Source: Octopus sinensis
Taxonomy: Eukaryota
Length of the DNA stretch: 32,624 nucleotides
Reading direction: 5' to 3'
NCBI RefSeq assembly: GCF_006345805.1
Contig: NW_021832809.1
Coordinates: forward strand, 1-32,624
Both the position numbers and the translations under genes were made by a program. Below the pieces are notes generated by a model that searched no databases, was not told the origin of the DNA, and saw nothing but the letters and a program-made list of their open reading frames with translations. Below, piece by piece: positions 10,180 through 20,477 of this stretch. The number at the start of each line of letters is the position of its first letter. Position 1 is the stretch's first letter.

Positions 10180-11444
10180 GGGATCTCCTTATTTATGCAC
10201 TTTAATAGATACGCGCCTACCAATTTATTCACCTCAGCCGAATCACTGGAACCCATTACCCAGAATTACAAGGTGGTCTATATAGGGATGATGATCTGTT
10301 TGTTAGCCCTAGTAATAATAATTCTAGCATTGAAAGGATTAGAAAGAAAATTAATAAGTTCTTTAAAGATTTCAACCTTAGCATAACTTATGAACCAGGC
10401 ACTAAAATAGTCAATTTCCTAGATATTACATTAGACCTTAACTCTAAGCTGCATTACCCATTTAGAAAGGAAGGTGAAGTCACGAGATACGTAAATAAAT
10501 TATCCAATCATCCCCCAAATATAATTAAATCTTTGATTGGAAATATTTCCTAAAGAATCTCTAAATTATCATCCAATAATGATATATTTAACTCTCATTC
10601 TGAGCATTATAATGCGGCGTTATCTAAGGCAGGATACAACCAAAAGATTACCTTTATTGATAAGGAGAGCTTACATATTCCTAATAAAGGAGGTAACAGT
10701 AACCACGTAAACAACAATATAGACCACGCCCGAAATAAAAGTAGAAATAGATTTACGGTAACTACAAATCTAACGTACAAGCCTAATCATACAAATAAAA
10801 ATATAGACCAGAGCATAGGTAACTCGGATAAAATCAAATTAGATAAATCAAAGAAGCATACAAATAATAGTAATAAATACAATGACTCTGGTGAGATTAG
10901 TAATAATTCAACTAACCCTAATTCTAATTCAAGGAAATTTAATAAGAAAGATATAATCTGGCTGAATATTCCTTTCAACTGTGCGATTCTATCGGATATA
11001 CAAAGCAGATTTGTATATCTAGGTGTAACTGTAGAATTAGGTCAAAATGCCCGGCACCTGGTCTGTGCGGGATAAATAACGTAATCTATAAATGTACCAT
11101 AACTACTGAGAATAGCAAATTTCTTTATTTAGGTTGTACTATAAATTTTAAGAAAAGAGTTAGCAATTATATCCTCTTTTAAGTTACGTCATAAAGCTGG
11201 TAGCACCACACTTTCAAGTAAGATCTGGGGACTCAAAAATAATAATATTAAATATAACCTTAATTGGGAAATAGTTAGAAGAGCGATGCCTTATAGAAAT
11301 AACAGAGTTGGTTGCCAACTCTGCTCCATGGAGACGTATGAAATTCTAATGCATAGAAAAAATAAGAATTTGTTAAATAACCGTATAGAATTGAGTCACT
11401 CTTGTATTCACGCAAAAATGAAGACTCTAAACTATTTTAAATAA
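10180..11444 (+). pseudogene. PLE reverse transcriptase C-terminal half plus GIY-YIG endonuclease, disrupted
   Basis: GGLYRDDDLF (YRDD at 10281-10292); VNFLDITLDLNSKLHYPFRK..SNHPPNIIK..RISKLSS..YNAALSKAGY; KDIIWLNIPF; CNCRIRSKCPAPGLCGINNVIYKCTI..LYLGCT..FKKR (GIY-YIG); STTLSSKIW..NWEI..CQLCSME..LLNNRIELSHSCIH; stop 11442-11444. In-frame TAA at 10551-10553, frameshifts near 11020 and 11171. Confidence 0.92.
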
Positions 11445-12469
11445 AAATCGTATAGAATAATCGTATGGAGCTAGATCTATCTTGCTTTTACTAATAAAAC
11501 AAAACTCTAATATATTTTTAAATAGATAGCTGCGAGCTCTTACACTATGGTTATTTCTTTCTTTCTAACTACACCTGATTTGGAACATAAAGAAATAAAT
11601 AGTATTTGTACGTTGCCAAAAAAAGTTTAATTGACTATATAGTTAATTTAATTTAATCTAATTTAGGTAACACAACTTAAATCAAATAAGTTACTAATAC
11701 TTCATAATTCTATTATAAATTTAAATAAGTAATGCTACTCCCTTAAAAGTAGTATAAGAAATTTCATTATGATAAGCAATACTCTCACACCTTTTAATTG
11801 ACCTACAGTCTGTCATTGTATAAATAGTAACAATAATAAATAAATAAATTAAATGACCTCCTTTCTAGTATTGCACTTGAATCTTTTAATGTATTTTCCT
11901 CTAGTGATAGCCTTTGACCCCTTTATCCCTTCCCTTGTTCTCTTTAGATTCTTATATCTGCTTTAGCTCCGTCGGATTGGCAATTAACAGCTGTATACTG
12001 GTCAAAAGTAATGTTCTCCTTTATAAATCTTAGATTCTTGCAAATCTAAGCCAGACTGTCTGTCTCCACAGAAAGATACCTTTCTGTGTAGGTGGGTACC
12101 TGCAACCCCTTCCCTCTCAGTTATCCCAGAATGCTCTATGTGGGAGGTTTTTCTATGCTCCACATAATTCCTTCAGCCATTATAATTCTAACATAGCAGT
12201 TTTGTGAAATGAACAGAAGTGTGACAAGTATCTTATCATATATCAGGAAATTATACCCACCTTATTATGGATCAATCATGGATGGATTCATCGTCTGTGA
12301 ATATGAAATATCTCCTCATATCTCCGGTAATTGCACCTACATTATTGATGGATTCACCTTTTCTGTGAAGCTAACAAGCTTTTTTAAAGCCAGTTATAAG
12401 ACTGTGCATCATTAGAGAACTTTGGAAGTCTGCTTACAATCTAAATTTGCTTTTTATAGAACTATCTTC

Positions 12470-12642
12470 GATACTTCATGAGCGTAGCCTCACCCACTAG
12501 GATGCTTGGAGAACTCATATGTGTTTTGGCTGATGAGTACGGGACACTTGTATTTGCTGCAATATTTGCAGCTTTTAATAAAGCTGGTCTTCGTATGAAA
12601 CAATTGTACTGAAAGACTAATCCATTCTTGTTGCTTTTTTCT

Positions 12643-12645
<3 letters not shown>
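12470..12645 (+). repeat. 3' pseudo-LTR of the PLE
   Basis: Inverted match to 9876-10051. Confidence 0.95.
12524..12614 (+). ncRNA. Type I hammerhead ribozyme in the PLE 3' pLTR
   Basis: Stem I TTTTGG (12524-12529) / CTGAAA (12609-12614); CTGATGA 12530-12536; stem II GTACGGGAC / GTCTTCGTAT; GAAA 12597-12600; stem III AC/GT closing a palindromic AATT loop; cleavage triplet GTA 12606-12608. PLE pLTR hammerheads with palindromic loop III are established. Confidence 0.8.
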
Positions 12646-12680
<35 letters not shown>

Positions 12681-12700
12681 TTTATATTTTATATATATAT
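12646..12700. repeat. (TA)n tract at the PLE 3' junction
   Basis: Read directly. Confidence 0.9.
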
Positions 12701-12845
12701 ATTATATGCATGCATGTATGCATGTTTGTATATATGCATCTATACATGTATACAACCATACACTCACACAGATATAAGAAGGAGAAATACAAAGAGAGAG
12801 AGACAGAGAGACAGTGAGAATACGGAAAGAATGCGTCTTTGTATA

Positions 12846-12934
12846 CTGTAATCCCTCACGATACCGCAGTTCACTTATCGCGGTATCGCGGGGATTTTTG
12901 GAACGTAACACCCGCGAATTTCGAGGAATTACTG
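12846..12934. mobile_element. Short pogo/Tigger-like MITE remnant (89 bp)
   Basis: TA|CTGTAATCCCTCACGATACCGC at the left; right end reverse-complements to CAGTAATTCCTCGAAATTCGCGG. Resembles CAGT-starting Tigger TIRs. Right TSD reads TT. Confidence 0.5.
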
Positions 12935-13399
12935 TTTATGCACGTCTAATGTGCACACGTAAATATGAATATGTATAATATATATATATAATATATATAT
13001 ATTATATATATATATATATATATGCGCACACATACATATGCATACATGAATCTATGTATGTATATGATTATATGATGTTATGCTGATGCCACCAGAGTAA
13101 AATTTATTAATCTTCTCTTGTAATATATGCTGGCAAGGTGCCATTTCTTTACTGGAATACAGACAATAATTTCTAATGCCTGTGAAGACGCTGTTGTTTA
13201 TCAGGGTGGTCATATGGTATAATTGTTAGTCAAATAGTTATAGTCTACATGGAGTTCACTAAATGAAAGACCGCTGTTTTACTAGCCAAGCTAAGTTACT
13301 TCACAGTTTGCAGGCTTATTTACGTATTTTTCAATAGGAACGTCTGAACGAGTTTGTGTATGTGCGCCGAGCGCAGCATATATGTATGCGTGTATGATG

Positions 13400-13411
13400 C
13401 AGTAAGTGCGC

Positions 13412-13445
<34 letters not shown>
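13400..13445. repeat. (GT)n microsatellite
   Basis: Read directly. Confidence 0.9.
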
Positions 13446-14049
13446 GTGTGTGCAGAGGAAAAAACATCTCAACACAATATTGGTTAATGGACTTTCCAGT
13501 CATGCATTTAAAGCAGACATGCATTAACAAATAAAGTTAAAAGAAAGAAAACAGAGGGGAAAAAATACAAATCTGTTCCCTGTGTGAGTATCCTACTTAA
13601 TAAGTTTTGTTATCATACATACACACAAACACACCTACATTAATACACACACACATACGAATGCACACACATCCCTACCTCTCATTCTCACTCTATTTCT
13701 CTCTCTTTCTCTCTCTCTCTCTCTCACCCGGTCACTCGCTCGCTCTTTCTTATCTGGGCGTGTTTGTATTCAAATATTCACGCGCACGCGCACACACACG
13801 TATATATGTATATATATATACCCACACATACACACACGCACATATGTAAATGTGCGTGTGTATACATATATATACGCATATATGTACATAAATGTGTATG
13901 TAAATAGATATATATGTATAAATACACATACATGTACACTAACACGCACAAATACACACGCTTATATATATATATATGTATGTACAGATTGTGTATATAA
14001 GTAGACAATCATATGAATAAATGTAAGATTACGTATGTGTATGAGTGTA

Positions 14050-14205
<156 letters not shown>

Positions 14206-14792
14206 AAGTTGGTTCTTTCCATTTATCTTCCAGTGTCTATGACTTCGTGTCATAGCTCCAGATATTTCGTTGATCACTTAGTTGAAAACTTTCCCGCTAA
14301 AACTAATTTCTGTGTTTTTTTAACCGAGTATGTCCATGCACATATACACATTGATACATATTTATTATATTTTATTATACTATATCATATCAAATTATAT
14401 TGATTTCAAATTTTGGCACAAGGCCAGCAATTTCAACGAGTGTTAATTTCGGTTTGATATCCTGTAATTTAGAATTTTTATTCTCTGATCGTATCGTATA
14501 AATTTGTATAAATCCACATATATATGTCGGGGTGTGTGCATGTATTTGTGCATATTCGTGTGTGTATATATAAACCCACACAGTAACCCACTCAGACACA
14601 CACATGCATCTGTGTATTCGCATCTGTATACACATTTATACACATCTATACGCAAACGAACGTTTTAGCACATATATACATATATCCTTGCACACAAACT
14701 CACAAAAAATACACGTGAATACATTAACTCAATATATTCTTAAATATACACGCAGGCGCACATACAGCCACGATACACGAATATAAACGCAT

Positions 14793-14797
14793 GATAT

Positions 14798-14855
<58 letters not shown>
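14793..14855. repeat. (TA)n microsatellite
   Basis: Read directly. Confidence 0.95.
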
Positions 14856-14859
<4 letters not shown>

Positions 14860-15880
14860 GGTGCATACATCTGTACACATACGTATAAACACCAACATCA
14901 TTCTAGTATCATATAAAGTTATAAAAGTATTTATCACGAACTGGTATCAGTTAAGTCGGCTGCGCCGTCGACTTTAAACTTTGGTGGTCTTAGTGATAGG
15001 TCTACAGCTCTAAACTTCCTCGGATCTTAACTGGTGTAAGGGAACACGTGATTTTCTAAGACTTGAAATTCAGAGAAGGATTAAATGAATTAGAAAATTG
15101 GAGAGACAGCGATTTCTTAAGATTTGATACTCTGAGAAAGATTAAGATGATTAGAAAAAATCCTTCTAATAAGAATTTTTGTGAATAAAGATTGCAGAGG
15201 GATAGAAGGAAATGGAAAGGATATTGTTGTTTAGTGATTGATCATCTCTGATTGAGTGTGATAAAATGTATTCCAACCATGACCTCTTCGCTTTCCTTCT
15301 TTGTTCAGGATAACCAAAACCAGATTATACAATATGTTCCTTTAGGATAAGTAGAAAGTGGTCACTGAGTTTTGCTGTTACTTTCTGCAGATCGAGTGAT
15401 CACGTACAAGTTCACGAGATAATACGTATTACGTTTCATTTGCATTGCTTAAAAAAAAAAACCTGTGGTGGATTAACACTGACATTGAGATTGCTGTTCA
15501 CTCGCCTTATCCACTTTCATTTTTAAGAAAATATATCAGAAAAGTGCAAATTTTCAAACTTAAAAAATAATTATCACGAACCCTATGACTTTTTTCAGTA
15601 ATATGTTCCTAAGCAAAATTTCAGCAACCTTACTGCAGAAATTGTGGCCTAGAACTTGAAAATTTCAAATATATAAACAAACATACATACATGCATACAT
15701 ACAGACAGGTACACATACGTACATACATACAAACAAACATATAAACATAAAGAGTTGGCAAGAAGGAGCCAACGCAGAACAACACTGCTTGAGAACTGTT
15801 GTGAGAGCAAGCTCAGATTTAGCCGCACATAAAAAATACACATGTTCGTACGGCAGGTGGAGCTAAATTGTTACATTTTC

Positions 15881-15916
15881 TTGTTGTTGTTGTTGTTGTA
15901 GTCGTCGTCGTCGTCG

Positions 15917-15951
<35 letters not shown>

Positions 15952-15997
15952 CTTCTTCTTCTTCTTCTTCTTCTTCTTCTTCTTCTTCTTCTTTTTT
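15881..15997. repeat. compound triplet repeat (TTG)-(GTC)-(GTT)-(TTC)
   Basis: Read directly; explains the poly-E/Q/R ORF 15863..16111. Confidence 0.95.
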
Positions 15998-16829
15998 TGC
16001 TGTTTTTGCTTTTATTTTAAGGTCAGCCACGATAAAACAAACCGATGGATCAAAGGCATTCCAGTCGTGATCATCATGCCTTTTCTTATATATAAGAAAC
16101 CAGGACCACATTAATCAATGTGTTTTCTAAAGCAGTAGAGCGACAGAAAAATGTATCGGTGGGACGAAGCAGACCATCAATGATGACTCGTCAATCAAGA
16201 CTTCACCTTGATCCATGGCTTCGTTTATCGATGTTCTTTATGATCAAAACTAGTCTTATACCCACTTTTTACTTTATAAGGATAAATTCAATGGAATCAC
16301 ATTCGCGTCAGTGATAGACTCCAATGAGGATAATATTTTGAATGAGATTTAACTGGGGTTGTTTTTTTTGTAGACAGAACCGCCGTATTGCGAAAATTTC
16401 TGAAACGTTCCATTAGCGCAACTGCGCTGGCGAGTCCATTTTATTGCGTCCGTAGGCTGGTATGCTCGAATGTACAAAATATAATAAATTGTTCATTTAT
16501 AAATTTTATACAATATTCGTATGCTTATTTGCGATATAGGTCGCATTTCCACTACGGCTTAAAACTGTTAGACTCGAACAGAAAATCGTCCGGTAATTGC
16601 CATTTGAATGGAAATTTTGTTCTCACTATAGAACACATATTACTAGGTTTGTACCACTCCCTTGAGACTCATCTACACTCTAGCTGAAAGATATAAAAAC
16701 CTCATGTGTAATATAAACGTCCTAAATTCAGTTGCAAAGATGTCACGCGTTAATTTAATCTGTTAAACGTATCTTTATTAAAATATATTGAATTATTCAT
16801 TACAAGATTTACACAGATATAAGAGTTAG

Positions 16830-16903
16830 AACTCGTGATCCGCCCGTGGACCTTTTTCTTTCGAAATTTTTGCCCGCCGCAGTAAAAAGATTCCCCACCC
16901 CTG
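16830..16903 (-). mobile_element. Possible solo hAT-type transposon end
   Basis: Minus strand starts CAGGGGTGGGGAATCTTTTTACTGCGGCGGGC, like CAGGGGTG-starting hAT termini. No partner TIR found. Confidence 0.35.
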
Positions 16904-17126
16904 CATTAAAGTTTTCTGAAATAAATAAATATACACAATGACATATGTATATGGCATACACATCTACATAAAGAATAAACCCCGCACAGTCGTATACAAA
17001 GAGGAACACGCACTTTATACACACACATTTACAACTACATATACGCAGACATTAATTCATTCACATACTTACAAATCCTCGGAATTATTCTCAAAACTTT
17101 CGTCACGAAATAAATATAGAATGTTG

Positions 17127-17553
17127 GGATCTTTTCGGTTTGAACGGCGGTTTTTCTAGCGGTGTCATATGAAATTGTCACCCATAATTATGACCCTAGA
17201 ATCGATCTATTACATTTCAATCTCTTTTAGGGTTAGGGTTACGCTTAGGGTTAGGGGTGGGGAAGAGTATCTTTTTTTCTTCACAAATGTAAATAAACCT
17301 AATCTGTTTCTTAAACGAGGGACATATTCATACGACACAGAATGCTTTTTAACTCAATGGACGTCACTGATTGGTTGAAATTGCAAAAATTGAAGAGAAA
17401 AACCCCACAAATATATTGCAAACTATAGAATTTTCTCAATAAAGCCAAGAGAAAAGGATGTTTTATAAACACATTCTACCAGTATACGAAGTTTAAAATA
17501 TTTTAGTTACCTAGAAATTATGTTAAAAACTGCCGTTCAAACCGAAAAGATCC
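17127..17553. mobile_element. MITE, 427 bp, 29-bp TIRs, 8-bp TSD (Merlin-like), with internal TTAGGG repeats
   Basis: TIR GGATCTTTTCGGTTTGAACGGC(G/A)GTTTTT, 28/29 match. Perfect TSD GAATGTTG at 17119-17126 and 17554-17561. GG-starting TIRs with an 8-bp TSD fit Merlin; the superfamily call is inference. Confidence 0.88.
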
Positions 17554-17682
17554 GAATGTTGAAATGTTTAATAAGTTTTAATATAGTTAAATATCACCCA
17601 CGTAAAAAAGACAAATTAGAAATAAGTATGCGATATGAGAAAGACAACATTAACTTAGTGTTTAATATTATTTTAATCATTA

Positions 17683-17826
17683 AAGGTGGCAAACTGGCAG
17701 AATCATTATCACGCAGGTCAAAATGGTTACCGACATTTTATCCGTCAGTACGTTCTGAGTTCAAGCCTCGCTGATATCGATTTTGCCTTTCATCCTTTCG
17801 ATAAAATAAGTGCCAGTTAAGCAATG
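17683..17826 (+). mobile_element. SINE family B, degenerate
   Basis: AAGGTGGCAAACTGGCAGAA..GTTCTGAGTTCAAG..TTTGCCTTTCATCCTTTCG aligns with 4484-4620. Confidence 0.75.
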
Positions 17827-17944
17827 AAATCAATAAATTCGGCTTACCCCCTCCCAGAACTTGTTATCCTTGTACCAAAGTTTGAATTCAATATTTTAAA
17901 AATCATATTAGCAAAGTAAAGACAATTCTGGATTGCATAGGCGT

Positions 17945-18344
17945 AGGTGCAGGAGTGGCTGTGTGGTAAATAGCTTGCTTACCAACCACAAGGCTCCGGG
18001 TTCAGTCCCACTGCGTGGCACCTTGGGCAAGTGTCTTCTACAATAGTCTCGGGCCGACCAAAGCCTTGTGGGTGGATTTGGTAGACAGAAATCGAAAGAA
18101 GTCCGTCGTATATATGTATATATATATATGTGTGTGTGTGTGTATGTGTGTGTGTGTGGTGTGTGTTTGTCCCCCATAACATCGCTTGACAACCGATGCT
18201 GGTGTGTTTACGTCCCCGTAACCTAGCGGTTCGGCAAAAGAGACCGATAGAGTAAGTACTGGGGTTGATTTCCTCGACTAAAGGTGGAGCTCCAGCATGG
18301 CCGCAGTCAAATGACTGAAACAAGTAAAAGAGTAAAGAGAGTAA
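17945..18344 (+). mobile_element. tRNA-derived SINE, family A, full length
   Basis: A-box-like GTGGCTGTGTGGTAA, B-box-like GGGTTCAGTCCC, core CACCTTGGGCAAGTGTCTT, internal TA/TG microsatellite and GTAAAAGA tail. Five related copies in the window. Confidence 0.9.
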
Positions 18345-19229
18345 GCTTCGGTTTTATTAGACCGCCTCAACGCGGCATAGTCTTCACCGTATATTGTCAA
18401 GTAGTGAGAAGAAAATAATTAAGCAGATACATAATACTCTACACTAGTAGGTATGAAAAATTAGCTGTTAAATCTCATCCAAATTATAATCATCAATGGA
18501 ACTTATCACTGACTACATTTTGAATTTATTCATGTAAATCTAAGTGGCAATATAAACCTTTTTTTTTATTTAAAAGAACGCTGAAAACGAAGTCACGAGA
18601 TCGGGGTGGAGATCTAATTCAAGGGACTTCGTTGTTAAAAATAAATAACTTATGAATGAATGCGTGAAGAAGTTTTGACTTGACATTCGTGCAGATAATA
18701 TTGGGTTAATAAAAATAATAATGAAGATGAATAAAAATAAAAACCAATAGGTGATGGGGTAGTTTATGAAATAACTATTATTATATTAAAAGAAATCGAT
18801 ATTGATAATGGTAGGTAATATTAATAATGATGAATTGTTATAAAGCTGGATATTAATTACTACGTTAGATAATAACAGTAAATGATAATTGCTTTTGTTA
18901 ATTAATCAGTGGAGAATGGAAGCAGTCTCAACCTCTGTAAACCTTACTCCTTTCTGTTGTCCTGTAATAAGATATGAGCTGTGCTGCTGTAGTTTAGTCC
19001 CACATCAGCTCTGCTTTTATTTAGCAGATTTTGGTCAAAGGCATTCTAGGTGTTACCAACTCGTCTTATTTTCAGGCACATGTATAGAACTATATTTTAA
19101 AACGTTTTCTTCGTTTGGTGCAGAACATGGCATGATTTGTAGGTGATTTGCCTGCCATCTCTCGGGGACCTAGATGCCCCTACACGTGTTTTTGTTTTCT
19201 GATGTAGATATAAAACCTGAAATTTGCGA

Positions 19230-19320
19230 TGACTCCAGCACTTGACTGGTACTTTATTCTGTCGAATCCCAAGGGAAGAAAATCATAGTTGACTTCGGAG
19301 TATTTTGAGCTCATAATGTA
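19230..19320 (-). mobile_element. Highly degenerate SINE family B-like fragment
   Basis: CTGGTACTTTATT..GTCGAATCCC..AGTTGACTTCGG..TTTGAGCTCA loosely matches 29366-29432. Confidence 0.4.
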
Positions 19321-20477
19321 AAGAACCGGACGAAGTGTTACACAGTATCTTTTCCGATGCTCTAACATTACTACCAGCTCACGACCATGGAAGTAGTCAG
19401 ATGATTTAGTGACAGAGTTGATAGCACTGAATATTTTGAGGCAGCGTTGGAAGGTAAGGAGTGGCGATTCAATATGTCTCAAACATACAAGGAAAAGAGA
19501 ACAGAACTTGACGAATGCAGTTCAGAATTTCGAGATGTAATGCAAATAAGTGACAACACTGAGTCATTTACATAAATACATAAATCCGAACATCAAGTAA
19601 TGCAAAAACATCAAGTAATGTTGGATAACTTCAACAAGTCTTCAAAATGCCTTTATTATGCACGGTATGGTTTTCGGTTTTTGTTTCTTTTTTTCGATCA
19701 GATCAGTTATCAAAATAAAATTCTCCCCCCTTTTCTCCGACTTGTTTGGCTAAATAAAGTCTCACTGCATATACCTTTAAATTATAGTAGTGCCACGTTA
19801 ATTGAATTTGAATACTTAACTCAGTAAATTGATACTTTGACCGATTCGACGATGTGTATTTTGGTTCTATGATCAACTCAATGTTATAGTGTAAGTGGTT
19901 GAATATATCATGTACACTATCGCTCTTTTGGTAATCTCGTGCGTGAATCACATGCATAGTTTTTATTTTCTGATAGACTTCCATACATGTTACCATTTGA
20001 GCAATTTCATTCACAAGATTTAAGCAGAAAAGATGCTATATTAGAACAGGCATTTAAAGAAGGTAACGCGCAAAGGGGTCGAAGCTGTGCAACACGCAGT
20101 ATTTTACCATTTGGCTAAGCACGCACTATAATCATTTAACATTATCATTAAAGATATCAAAAGAATTCAAAAATATTACAAATCCTATCTCTCTATATGA
20201 CAACGTTTTACACAGGAGCAACATCCAATGTTGTGAGTTCCATACGTTTTCCAAGATTATTAAAGACAAAACTTAAATGGCTTTAATTTAACCCAAAACC
20301 ATGTCATGCAGATCTATCGCTTAAATTTTGTCTCCTGTTAACAATGCTCACCACAATTACATGTTATTAACTGATTACCGGTAAGTTCACCGCCATCAAT
20401 TAATCGCAAGAGAGTTCACCATGACGAAAGTTCACCGTGAGGCAAGTTCACCACGAGGAAAGTTTACCGAGAAAATA

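Larger units (their letters stand above)
9876..12645 (+). mobile_element. Penelope-like element (PLE), 5'-truncated, with inverted pseudo-LTRs
   Basis: RT and GIY-YIG coding remnant (10180-11444), ~1-kb AT-rich 3' region, and 176-bp inverted terminal repeats (9876-10051 / 12470-12645) containing hammerhead cores. No clear TSD; the 3' end abuts (TA)n. Confidence 0.9.

Noticed and set aside
10551-10553. In-frame stop in the PLE ORF as possible selenocysteine recoding (Naiad-type PLE)
   Set aside because: The codon is TAA, not TGA; the ORF also has frameshifts and I saw no SECIS-like stem.
14945-15034. 8-bp inverted repeat CAGTTAAG / CTTAACTG as possible MITE ends
   Set aside because: Too short, no TSD and no second copy in the window.
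17227-17256. TTAGGG repeats as a true telomere or chromosome fusion scar
   Set aside because: Only five units, located inside a TIR/TSD-bounded MITE.
17945-18020. tRNA-like A/B boxes at SINE heads (also 7140-7213, 28720-28770, 31024-31090)
   Set aside because: No complete cloverleaf; they continue into SINE bodies, so they are not tRNA genes.
19378-19453. Candidate host exon: CTAAC..CCAG acceptor and AAG|GTAAGG donor, with a nearby 57-codon open frame (FSDRVDSTEYFEAALEGKEW..)
   Set aside because: All three frames of the 76-nt exon contain stops, no recognisable homology, and no partner exons. RNA-seq would be needed.
19588-19620. Direct repeat AACATCAAGTAATG x2
   Set aside because: Simple local slippage duplication with no associated structure.
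20400-20470. Regularly spaced short repeats as a CRISPR-like array
   Set aside because: Repeats are 9 bp with 7-bp spacers, inverted at the other end of a MITE, in a eukaryotic context with no cas genes.
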